Assembly: GCF_009914755.1 (NCBI RefSeq)
Contig: NC_060947.1
Reading direction: 5' to 3' (one strand)
Source: the human T2T-CHM13v2.0 reference genome, Homo sapiens
DNA: 64,000 bases
This document shows positions 31,520-45,198 of this stretch, in pieces (the first letter of the stretch is position 1; each line of letters begins with the position of its first letter). The notes below the pieces were generated by a model. It was not told where the DNA came from and did not search any database. It saw only the letters and a program-made list of their open reading frames with translations. The position numbers were made by a program, and so were the translations under genes.

Positions 31520-32019
31520 AAAAGTTAAGAATTTAAACTGGAAAGTCAAGTTGAAGTATGTTTAGTATCCTATTGAAAGAGTGAGTAAATCTGTTTTTCA
31601 AACATTCAACTCAACTCAGTAAATTAGATTAATTAAATGCGGTTAACATACCCTTGTTCTTTCTTTATTCTTTTTTATATTATCTACCTTTTAGCATTTT
31701 ATTTTTTGATATTTGTTATAACTTTACATATTGGCTAGAAAAGGATCCAACTTTATACTTTGGGATCTTTGGTGATTTTTCATCTGTGCTATTTTATGAA
31801 TCCTATTATTTCTTCAGCTCTTAGAATTATAAGATTGGCTATAGTCAATCGCAAAGAAATCTAACCTGCTCAGGTACATTAGAACCAAATCCCTGCAAGG
31901 TTATTTGGTGAAACATGAAATAATTTACTGACTCTAAGACAATTTTCACAGACATTCTTAACAAATTTCATCCTGTCTTTCTACTACAAATTACTATATA
32001 GAAGACAGAGGATGAGCAT

Positions 32020-32470
32020 GCATAAAGAGTCAAGATTTCTTTACTGCAAGTGATGCAAATTAACTCAAAATAGAGTCAGAAAAAAGGCAAAGAGGGGTAA
32101 ATTGTTGCCTTACATAAATGGAATAGGCTTATAGGACAAGATCCAGAAATTTGGAGAATATCTTTGAAGCTGTTTTTCTCTACAACTCTAAAATTTAGTT
32201 GGATACTAAGGTGGTAGCAAGACCACAGACACCCCACCCCCATTCACACTCCCATCCTAACCTGAGTAATTATTGACCGAAGTCTTTCAATCCTGTTGAT
32301 GACTGACTGGAGATGTCCAGTCATATGTCCATCTCTGTGATGGGAAGAGTGGGTGAGATGAAGTCAGGCCCAACTAAACCAACTGGAATAGGAGCCCTGC
32401 TGGGTGGATTTGTTGTGTTATCAGCAATAGAGAAAAATAGGCATTGAACAACCTTATAGATATCCACTGT
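32020..32470 (-). mobile_element. Old MLT1-like LTR relic
   Basis: 'gtcaagatttctttactgcaagtgatgcaaattaactcaaa' to 'atatccactgt' resembles MLT1J/K termini. Confidence 0.4.
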
Positions 32471-32604
32471 GTATAGAACAAGGAAAAACCCTAAATGTAT
32501 TTGTCTCTCATCCCTACTTAATTTCCTTGGTCTACTTTTTTTTTCATATTATAAACAATTAATTATACTTGTTTCCAAATTGTCTTTCTTATTTTCTTTT
32601 TGGT
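32470..32604 (+). repeat. Unique segment also present as a diverged copy at 31246-31388
   Basis: Direct comparison; shared blocks include 'acaaggaaaaaccctaaatgtatttg' and 'attataaacaattaattatacttgtttccaaattgtctttcttatt'. Confidence 0.95.
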
Positions 32605-34369
32605 ATATATTGACACTTTTTTTGGGGGGGTGGTGGAGATATGTGTGATAATTTTATCTCAGTTCAAATACTTTGATGAATTCCTAAAGGTAATATTGCT
32701 TCTTTCACCACAGAATTATCTTTATGCATTCAAAAGGTAAGTAGTCTGGCCTCTTACTCTTCAGAAGTTAAAGGTTATTAGTACTTTACAATCAATAATT
32801 AAACTATAATAAAATTCCATTTACTTTTCCCTTCTGTGATCAAAATTAAAATCAAATTTTGGGGTATCTTGTGTTTTAACCCTCTATTTCTTATATACCT
32901 TAATGAAAAACTGATCATTTAGTGTTCCTCTATTCTTTTTTCTAACATATTATCATCTTATTTTAAGTCCAAATATTTTTAGATTTTTCAAAAGTGCTTT
33001 ATTTGCTAATGAAGTGGCATCTAACAAATGACGAATTGTACCAAAGCTGATGGACTAATTCGCCTTTTACTACTAAGAAACATGTCTCCAGGTAACAGTA
33101 TTAAGTAGCAATAATCCATTTTGTAGTATATATCAAAGAATCATATATAATAAACATACCATAACTTAATTTTAGTTAAATGAGTATCCTCAGTTGTATT
33201 TTTTCTGGTGTCATTGCAAAATGACAGAATTGCTACCTCTCAAAAATGAATGGTTGACATTTGAAGTTAGTCAGTTTAATTTGGAGACACCCAATGACAG
33301 GGAATAAATATTTATGATTCAGAGTATTTTCAAAACTCCCCATTATAGTACAATGCAGGTTTGTTACATATATTGCAAAATTATTATAGATAATTTTATA
33401 TTAAAAACATTGAATGGCAGTCATAGAATATAAATGAAATTAATCAGGATAAGTGTTTTCTCTGTACGACAGAGAATACAATAGAATAAACATTATGTCA
33501 ATATACAATACGAATGATCTTCTCTGCATGGTGCAGCAACACTCAACTTCCTAATTTATGCTGAGAATATAGCTTAACATCTGCAAATATTCTCAGTACA
33601 CGAGACATTATGATTGTTGCACACAAATTTAAACCATTTTTATATTATTTTTTATCCCCATAGCACTTATTACAAACTTATATGAGAAACACACACTTCC
33701 CTTTTAAAGATTAGCAGGTTAAAGTTTGTTAGTTTGAAGAGACAGTAGAATAAATATATACACACATTGGACTCTGAGTACTGAAGACAGATATCCATTA
33801 TAGACATACAGAAAAGGAAGGAAAAATAGAAATAAATCCACTCAAAGAATATGCACTTAGCATTATTCAAAGACAGAGAATACCCAAATTTCAAAGTAAC
33901 TGTAAGTCAAATAAGAAAAATAATAAATTCTCAGAACATAATCTGTTACACTTCTGCTCCACTGAAAGGCTTTGTGGCAAGTAAAGGCAGAACAAGAAAC
34001 CTATAGAGCAGAGAAAAGGGAGATAGCAATGGGGCTTTGGGTTGATATAAACCACTGCCAAAAGACAAAAGGCTCAGTTCATCCTAATTATAAAAAATTC
34101 AAAGGAACAAAATCCTGTCTAGAAGCAAGCACAAGCTACACAAAAAAATCCAAAATGTGGACTTTCTGTATCCACTTGGGGGTGCACCACTCCTAACATT
34201 ACAATGAAAAGTAAAGGGAATAAGAAGAAACAGCAAAATTCTTTTGAGTTCTGAGGTTGTGGAACAAACTGGCCCCAAATTGAAGGTGAGATAGATCCTG
34301 CAGAAAGAGATGAGACATAAGCATGACTTACCAGTCAAGATGCAGATAGACATTAATATGGACCATTTA

Positions 34370-34880
34370 AGATGGGTGATTGTGGCATTCTTACCAAAAA
34401 ATATATTACCTTTATTCTAATCATTGAAACAAAGCAGACATACCCATGTGGAATGGCACCCTAAGGTATGCCTAACCAATTGTCTTCCAAAGTGTCAAAT
34501 TATAAAAGACAGAAAAAAAAAAAAAAAAAAAAAGACCAAGAGACTGGCCAAGATTGTAGGAAACTAAATAGACATCACTACTAATGAACTGTAGGATCCG
34601 GGATTGGATTCTAATCCAGTGAGAAGCATTAGTAGGAAAATTGACAAAATTCAAATAAAGTCTATATATTAGTTAATAGTGTTGTACCCAATTTAATTTC
34701 CTAGTTTTTATAAGCACAGTGGTTATGTTATAGGTTTATAAGTGCAGTATGTGTTTATAAGTATACTATGTTTATGTTACCATTAAGTGAAAATAAGTGA
34801 AGAGTGTTTAGAAAATATCTACTATTTTTGCAACTTTTCTGTAGGTCTAAAATTACTTCCAAATAATAATCTAAAACATT
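34370..34880 (+). mobile_element. L1MC/ME-type 3' end relic
   Basis: 'ggatccgggattggattct...tttttgcaacttttctgtaggtctaaaattacttccaaa'. Confidence 0.6.
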
Positions 34881-37229
34881 TCAAAATTTAGATTATCTTA
34901 AATATATGCATGAACATTTAAAATCAGAAATATCTTCTTTATTTCATAGGTTTTTTTTAGAATTGGAAAATTAATCAAATTAACTTGATAGTAATAAGCA
35001 CTTACTACTTATTGCTGTATATTTTTTACATTCCCCAAGGGACTTTCCAATAAATGATCTCACTTGTCACTTACATCAGTCCTGTAAAGAAAATATCAGA
35101 TCATGTTACAGATGAGGAGTGAATATTCAATGAGGTTACAAAGTGTCTTGCCCAAGGGCATATAACCATTTTGTAGCAGATTCACTGTCTGATACTATGC
35201 TGCTTCCAAGTGCCTGCTATGTGCAAGACACTGGCCAATCTCTAGCAACACATATTTGATTTTTTGTTAAAACAAAATTGTACTGAAGTTTGGAAAAGCA
35301 TATTACACGTAAAGGATTCGTTGAGGTTTGTTGAGAGCATTAATCATGAATCAGGGATGTGATATCAGATGATGTAAAAAAGCAGTCAACGGTGCAGGCA
35401 TCTTTGATTAGAAACAGAGCAAGAGAGAAATCACTTTCTATTGTGTTTGTGCCTCAAGCTCCTCAGATTTCAGATGGATTACATTTAATTGCCAGAAATA
35501 CTCAGGCATTTTGATACTTTTCTAAGCAACCAAGTTGCTTTTCTTTTAGATAATACAACATCAGTGGTTGAGAGAAAGCCAATTTGTTTTGTCAAAATTC
35601 ACTTATTGTGCACTGTGGGTGTTTCTCTATTTGGCAGATGCATGCCTCATATTAAAACTAAAAGCAATTCCATTGCCAATTGAGGTACTTATCTTTGACA
35701 TTTTCTGTCACTTTTCTCACCACTCAAAGGACAATAACAGCTTAATATTTTGGTTTTGTTTATATGACATTACTAAATCACAGCCAAAGCTTGTTCCCTC
35801 AAAATATGGAGCATCGCAATGTTAATCATCAGAGTGGCAGGCATAGATATTAGGCTGATAATGCTATATTTTGTAAAACATATAATCCCTAGTTGAAATG
35901 GGAGAAAGAAGAAAGGTTATTATTGTTTGAGTATTTTTTTAAGAAAAACTATCACTAAAGTAGATGGCCGGTTTTACAATGCAGGTAAAGACACATTTCA
36001 GTCGCTCTAGAGTAACAGCCTGGAAAATGTCAGAGAAAACTGTTCCACGTTATGTTTCTAATGTTTCAAGGCCTTTCTTGAAAACATTTCATTTTGACCA
36101 CAGGGACTTCTTTTCTTTAGTTGTTGAGACCAAATAAAGTCAGTAAATAGCTTTGTTTTTAGAGGTGCAAATATTCTAAGAACTGTATTGAAAAGTTCAA
36201 TTCACATTAATTAAACATCCTTTCTTAAAATAGTTTCACAAGTACTGGAGATACAAAGGAGGTTATGACAATTTCCCCTAGAGCCTTCACTTATTCAACA
36301 TAATTTTAAATGAATATTTATTGACTGCCCCTCATGTCACCCACTTTTATAAGCATCAGAGATAAGGCAATGAATGAAGTAGTCAAAACTTCTGTTATCA
36401 GAAGCTCATACACTTACGGTAGGAAAGTAGGTATTATTTACTGTGGCAGTGTTCTCAGTACTTTATATGCTTTTATTCATTTAATTATCACAGCAATTCT
36501 ATGAGAAAATAATATTATTTTTAGGAACTCTCTTAACATTAGCTCTATTAATGATTACATAAAATACAATAGGATTAAGTGGTTTAAATGCAGTAGTACA
36601 ATGTCTTCAGCAATTGGAGGGTTTTTATTATTCTAGCATTATTACAAGTGCTTTGTTAATTTTTTAAAAATTCAGGTTTATTTTTGAAATACATGCAATT
36701 TTTTAAATTATTTTTTTCTTGATTTTTTTCTAATTTTTTTATTTTCCTTATGTAGGATTAGTTGTAGCATAGCTCACACATATAAATGCACTTAACATAT
36801 TGGCTTTATATCGACACTCATTAAGGTCTGTTATGTTTTATTTATGGTTCTATGTACTATTGCTACTTTTTCCCCCTACCGAAAATGAAATGTTTACAAT
36901 GCAAACATTATCAAGCTACTGAAAAAAGGAAATGCCAAGTAAAAGTATCTCATTATGAAATTTATTTCTGACCTTATAAAATCAGTAACTATAAGGTTGA
37001 CAATAGTGACCACATATTAGATACAAACTGAGGAAATAGAGATGTTATCACAGATGTACACATAAAAATAAATGCAACTTGCTACAGATGGAATTTCACA
37101 TTAAGAAAAGTAATTCATCACATATTTTACAAGTTAGATCTGAGAAAAGTGTTCCAGAAAAAAACTGTGGCACCTCCTATAAGCATGTTTTAGAATGAAG
37201 ATTATTTCTGAATTTTCTGTGATTTTAAT

Positions 37230-38385
37230 TTATTTTAAATTTAGATATAATACATGCCATAAAATTCACATTTTAGTGTGTAAAATTCAAAGCTTTTTAG
37301 TATGTTCTCTAGCTTGTTAAAAAATAATCCCTATGTAATTCCATAATATTTTCAGCACCCTTAAAATTAAAAAAATTAAAAAAAAATGCCTGTTGCTGTA
37401 AATCCCCAAATACCCTACTCCCAGTCCCTGAAAACACTAATATACATTCTGTCTCTATGGATTTGTCTATCATGGAATTTCTTTTCATCTATTATTGTTA
37501 AGTTACATCATCTTTGTATACCCTTATTAATTATTCTAATAGAAATAATAATAGAAATTTTTCTAATTTTCCTGTATTATTTTTATTTTAACTTCTATTA
37601 AAATATTAGATTTTTTTTGTTACTGATTTCTAAGAGCTCATTTATGATTAAGGATGTTGCCATTATATCAAGTATTGCAAATGAAATACCATGTTACTTC
37701 TCATTTATTTTACCATGATGTTTTATTTTTTGGTTGTATAAAAGTTGTATATTAAAATATAATCTTGTTATGTCTTATGATTTTTGAGTTTTGTGGGTTT
37801 TTTAAAAATTGTTTACATTACTATCATCCAATTATTTGTGTTGTGCTCTATTATTCATCAATTATTATTTTTGATTAATCATTACTGTGGTGTTATTCCA
37901 TTAAATATTTAAAATGCTCACATTGACATGTACAGCTACCATTTATTTTAAGTTCTACCATAATCATAAAGAAAGGATCCACATGAAGAAAAAATGTAAT
38001 CACACTTTCTGTGTTTTTTTGTGTATGATTAATTTCATTTAACATAATATTCTTAAGGTTCATCCATGCTGAAGCATATATCAGTACTTCCTTCCTTTTT
38101 ATGGCTGCATAATATTTCAGTCTATTTGTATATCACATTTGGTTTATTCATGAATTAGTTGAATGGATATTTGGGCTGTTTGCACCTTTTAGCTATTATG
38201 AATAATGCTGCTATGAGTATTCATGTACATGTTTTTGTAGACATATATGTTTTAAATTTTCTTGAGTATATGCCTAGTACTGGAATTGCTGAATACTATG
38301 GTAACTGTATGTTTAACTATTTATGGAATGACAAGCTGTTGTCTAAAGGGACTGAACTATTTTACATTTTTACCAGCAAGATGAT
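37230..38385 (-). mobile_element. L1MB-like 3' fragments (interrupted between ~37480 and ~38010)
   Basis: 'aaaattcacattttagtgtgtaaaattca', 'ggttcatccatgctg...ttttatggctgcataata', 'gctattatgaataatgctgctatga'. Confidence 0.7.
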
Positions 38386-38831
38386 ACAATTTTCCTACTT
38401 TCTTCTGATTCCCTCCATGCCATTGTCAACATGCACAAAGATCTCCAAGACTACATGCAGCAGTAAAGGAGCCCAGCTTCTTTATGGCTTTTCTTTATGG
38501 TTGGGCACAGAGTTCTCATTTACCTAAAAGGACCTACAAAATAGGAACAAAAAAAAGGATGGGGAATCATTTCATTGCTAGGATGCTCCAGATGAAAGTC
38601 ACTGCAAGGTCCTGAAGACAAAGACATAAGCCAACCCAAGACCACAGGCGCAGGAAAACAAATTACCTGTAGGACTGAGATGAAGGCTGGTCCAGGGTAC
38701 ATGCACAGAACAGGGTACCATGATAACAGATAGGAAGGCAAGGTTCACGGTACGCAGTAAGACGGATTTATTCTGAAATCCCAGAGATAAATAGAGGGCT
38801 TTTTCTTATTCCCGTATCTACTCTGTTCTCA

Positions 38832-38930
38832 AGTGGATAATCACACCTCTATAATATGTGGAACCAAGGTTAGGGTATCCAGTGGGATAATCACACCTCC
38901 ATAATATGTGGAACCAAGGTTAGGGTATCC
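38832..38930 (+). repeat. Tandem duplication of a ~49-50 bp unit in the ERV leader
   Basis: agtg(g)gataatcacacctc(t/c)ataatatgtggaaccaaggttagggtatcc occurs twice. Confidence 0.95.
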
Positions 38931-39031
38931 TTTATCCCAAGGATGAATGGGAGATGTCTTCTTCATGGATGGTAGGTAAATAAGAGGGGACACCTTCTTT
39001 TTCATTTCTCTCCTCTGTTCTCACTTCATGG

Positions 39032-40830
<1,799 letters not shown>

Positions 40831-40859
40831 GGAGCTCTACACTCTGGCTGGCTCCCAGA

Positions 40860-41656
40860 TCAAATATCACTATTGAAGGAATGGAGCCAATGGCTGCTTT
40901 GCACATTGCAGGTAAGACAATAACCTTCCTTTTGGACATGGGAGCTACCTTATTGGTGATTACCTCTTTTCCTCTAAGTCCTGTCAGGTAATGAGGGTAA
41001 ATGGGCTGCTCATTACGCAGAGGTTTACTCCTGCTCTATGGTGCCTGTGGAGGAGAACTGACTTTTCCCATTTATTTTTAGTAATGCCAGAATGCCCTAC
41101 AACCCTTTTGGGCAGAGACATTTTGTTCAAACTTCTTAGTTTGAACTTTGAGACATTTTGTTAAAATTCCTTAGCTCAATTAACCTTTCTTCCAGGGACT
41201 CCCCCTTTTCCAAATGCAATCTTATGCTTCAAGAAAGCCACGCAGTGATAACCTGCTCCTAAGCCTTCATATTAACCCAGAAGTCTGGGCCACAGAAATG
41301 CCAGGGAAGGCTATAGTGGTAATGTCTGTAGTATTCAGCTAAAGATCCCTTCTAGCTATGATTATAAAAAGCAATTTCCTCTTCAGGTAGAGGTCAAAGC
41401 GAGACTTAGGCCCCTGATTAACAAGTTTCTTAAACATAGGCTATTTATACCCTGCAGCTCACCCTGTAACACCCCAATCTCACCCTAAAGAAAAGCAATG
41501 GTGAATACGGGCTAGTCCCAGACTTACAAATGGTAAATGAGGCTATAGACACAATACACCCAATGGTCCCCAACTAATGTAATCTAGGATAAATACCTCC
41601 AAATTCTTAGTGATTTTCAGTTCTAGACCTCAATGATGCTTTCTTTGTATCCCCCT
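40860..41656 (+). pseudogene. pol: ERV protease and 5' reverse transcriptase pseudogene
   Basis: FLLDMGA (decayed DTG) at 40926-40946, 'ECPTTLLGRDI', 'INPEVWA', 'PCSSPCNTPI', 'FSVLDLNDAFF'; cut by THE1 at 41657. Confidence 0.82.
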
Positions 41657-43521
41657 TGATATGGTTTGGCTGTGTCCCCACCCAAATCTCACCTTGAATT
41701 GCAGTAATCCCCATGTGTCAAGGGGGGAACCAGGTGGAGATAATTGAATCATGGTGGTAACTTTCCCCATACTGTTCTTGTGGTAGAGAATAAGTCTCAT
41801 GAGATCTAATGGTTTTATAAATGGGAGTTCTCCTGCACAAGTTCTCTTGCTGCCATGTAAGATGTGACTTTGCTCCTTCTGTGTCTTCCACTATGATTGT
41901 GAGGCCTTCACAGCTTGTGGAGCTGTGAGTCAATTAAACCTCTTTTCTTTATAATTTACCCAGTCTTGGGTATTTCTTTATTAGCAGCATGAAAACAGAC
42001 TAATACAGTAAACTGGTACCAGTAGAGTGTGGTGCTGCTGTAAAGATACCCAAAAATGTGAAAGCAACTTTGGAACTGGGTAACAGGCAGAGGTTAGAAG
42101 AATTTGGAGGGCTCAGAAGTAGACAGGAAGATGTGGGAAAGTTTGGAACCTCCTACAGACTTGTTAAATGGCTTAGACCAAAATGTTGATAGTGATATAG
42201 ACAATAAAGTCCAGGCTGAGGTGGTCTCAGATGAAGATGAGAAACTTGTTGGTAACTGGAGCAAAGATGGCTCTTACTATGTTTTAGCAAAGAGACTGAT
42301 GGCATTTTGCCCCTTCCCTAGAGATTTATGGAAATTTGAACTTGAGAGAGATAAGTTAGGGCATCTGGCAGAAGAAATTTCTAAGCAGCAAAACCTTCAA
42401 GAGGTAACTTAGGCAATGTTAAAAGCATTCAGTTTTATGTATTCACAAAGATGTGGTTTTGAATTGAAACTTAGGTTTAAAAAGAAAGGAGAACATAAAA
42501 GTCTGGAAAATTTGCAGCCTGGTAATGTGATAAAAAAGAAAAACCAATTTTCTGGGGAGAAATTCAAGCTGCCTGCATAAATTTGCATAAGTAATGAGGA
42601 ATGAAATGTTAATCACCAAGACAATGGGGAAAATGTCTCCAGGGCATGTCAGGGGTCTTCACAGCAGCCCCTCCCATCACAAGCCCAGAGGCTTAGGAGG
42701 AAAAAATGGTTTTGTGGGCTGGGCCTAGGGCCTTGCTGCTTTGTACAGTCTCAGGATTGGTGCCCTGCATCCCAGCCGTGGCTAAAGGGGGCCAACGTAG
42801 AGCTCAGACCATTGCTTTAGAAGTTGCAAGCCCCAAGCCTTTGCAGCTTCCACATGGTGTTGGGCCTGCAGGTGCACAAAAGTCAAAAATTGAGGTTTGG
42901 GAACCTCAATTTTGGGATCTGCCTAAATTTCAGAGGATGTATGGAAATGCCTGGTGTCCAGGCAGAAGTCTGCTGCAGGGTCAAAGCAAGCCCTCATGGA
43001 AAACCTCTGCCAGGGCAACACACAAGGGAAATGTGGGGTTAGAGCTCCCACACAGAGTCCCCTCTGGGGCACTGTTCAATAGATCTGTGAAAAGAGGACC
43101 ACTGTCCTCCAGACCCCAGAATGGTAGATCCACTGACAGCTCGCACCATGTGGAAAAGCCACAGATGCTCAATGCCAGCCTGTGAAAGCAGCCATGAGGA
43201 GTTGTGTCCCCTGCAAAGCCACAAAGGTGGAGCTTCCCAAGGCTGTGGGAGCCCATCACTTGCATCAGCATGACCTGGATGTGAGACATGGAGTCAAAGG
43301 AGATTATTTCAGAGCTTTAAGATTTGATTTTTTCCATTGGATTTTGGACTTGCATGGGGCCTGTAGCTGCTTTATTTTGACCAATTTCTCCCATTTGGAA
43401 TGGGTATGTTTACCCAATGCCTTTACCCCTGTTGTATCTAGGAAGTAATTAACTTGCTTTTGATTTTTACAGGCTCATAGGTGAAAGGGACTGGTCTTGT
43501 CTTAGATGAGACTTTGGACTG
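41657..43521 (+). mobile_element. THE1 provirus: 5' LTR (41657-42007) plus internal region; 3' LTR absent
   Basis: tgatatggtttggctgtgtcccc...actaataca; MaLR peptide in ORF 42104..42412; stops abruptly at 'actttggactgtgtgtg'. Confidence 0.92.
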
Positions 43522-43564
43522 TGTGTGTGTGCATGTACACGTTTCTTCATGTGTCTGCATGTGT

Positions 43565-44390
43565 AGCTTTATTGAAATATAATTCATATGCCATAAATTT
43601 ACCAACTTAAAATATATGATTCAACAATTTAATATACTCAGAGTGTATAACCATCGCTACTGTCTAATTTTAGAATATTCTCATCAATCTAAAAAAAAAC
43701 TCTGTACCCATTAGCAGTCACTCCTTATTCCCCCTAACCCTTTCAACCTTAGGTAATCATGAATCTATTTTCTGTCTCTATGGATTTGCCCACTCTTGAC
43801 ATTTCATATAAATGGCATATTATGACATGTGGGTTTTTTGTAACTGGCTTTATTCACTTAACACAATTTTTTGTTTGTTTGTTTGTTGGTTGGTTTTTTT
43901 TTTTTTTTTTGAGACAGAGTCTTGCTCTGTCACCCAGGCTGGAGTGCAGTGGTGCGATCTTGGCTCACTGCAAGTTCCATCTCCCGGGGTTCACGCCATT
44001 TTCCTGCCTCAGCCTCCTGAGTAGCTGGGACTACAGGTGCCCGCCACCACGCCTGGCTAATTTTTTGTATTTTTAGTAGAGACGGGGTTTCACCATGTTA
44101 GCCAGGATGGTCTCGATCTCCTGACCTCATGATTCACCCGCCTCGGCCTCCCAAAGTGCTGGGATTACAGGCGTGAGCCACCGTGCCCAGCCAACACAAT
44201 GTTTTTAAAATCCATCCATGTTGCAACAAGTATCAGTAGTTCATTACTTTATTGTCAAATAATGCTTCATTGTATAAAGATAGCCCATTTTGTATACCCA
44301 TTAATCAGTTGATGGACATTCTGAATTTTTCCACGATTAGTTATTGTCAATAATGCTTGTATGAAAATTATTGTACAAGTTTTTTGTGTT
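43565..44390 (-). mobile_element. L1MB-like 3' end fragment interrupted by an Alu
   Basis: 'ctttattgaaatataattcatatgccataaa...ctgtctctatggatttgcc...atccatccatgttg'. Confidence 0.75.
43868..44192 (-). mobile_element. Alu (AluY/Sc-like) with (TTTG)n-containing tail
   Basis: Antisense dimer; TSD aacacaat at 43860-43867 and 44193-44200. Confidence 0.95.
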
Positions 44391-44419
44391 ACTATGACAT
44401 ATTAATTATGAGTAATAGT

Positions 44420-45195
44420 GTAAAGCACAAACTTTTCAGCTAGCATTTTAGTTTACAAATCACTACGTAAATAACGGGTATATTTTGACCAGCGATCAAT
44501 CACATCACTCCTTTAAAGTCTGTCCGTGACTATTCACTGAATGTGTTATTCAGTTAACGCATAGCAGCATAGCATGTAGTTTTGTTTGCTTCTGTCTCCT
44601 AGTAATAAACCCCTGTGACATTTTTCAAAAATAATTAAAATAGGGAATCACCTAATAAAGATGAAAGTATAGCAAAGAAACAAGCGGTGATAATACTGAA
44701 AGTAAAATTAGAATCAAACATAAATGTAAGTATAGAAGAAATAGCTACCCATGGGAGTCTTAACACTGCCACTGCCTGAGAGAATCTACCTGTGCAGCCA
44801 GAGGAAATTAATGAAGGGAAATTTATCCACATAAGTGAGGAAAGTTGTGACAAAAGAAAAAGGATGAAGATGACCAAGAGAAAGTTACACCAATCAAAGC
44901 CTTCACATTAAAAGGACTATCAGAAAGGTTTTACAACACTGATAACGCAAAAGATAAAACGATGGGAGGTTATCCAAACTTATAAAGGACCAGACAGTTT
45001 TCCAGAGTAGAGAAAGGATGCTTGCTCTTTATTACTAGTCATAAAATGAGGAGGCAAGTACAATAGAAACTACTCTTGAGTGTTTTCTTGTAAAGATATA
45101 AAACACTTCAATTCTCAGTGTTTCTAATGTTTTAAATAACAGTGAAATTTTCTTTTTATATACATTTATAATAAAAGTTTCTTATGTTTTGACCA
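44420..45195 (+). mobile_element. TcMar-Tigger (Tigger6-like) DNA transposon fragment
   Basis: Resembles recalled Tigger internal sequence ('gtgaggaaagttgtgacaaaa...ggatgaagatg...cttcacattaaa...aaactactcttga'); TIRs not identified. Confidence 0.5.
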
Positions 45196-45198
45196 AAC

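Noticed and set aside
38832-38930. Direct repeats as a possible CRISPR-like array
   Set aside because: Two adjacent copies, no spacers, eukaryotic ERV context
42104-43448. ORFs similar to those at 8356-9425 and 62270-63639, resembling a gene family
   Set aside because: All are THE1 internal (MaLR) sequence
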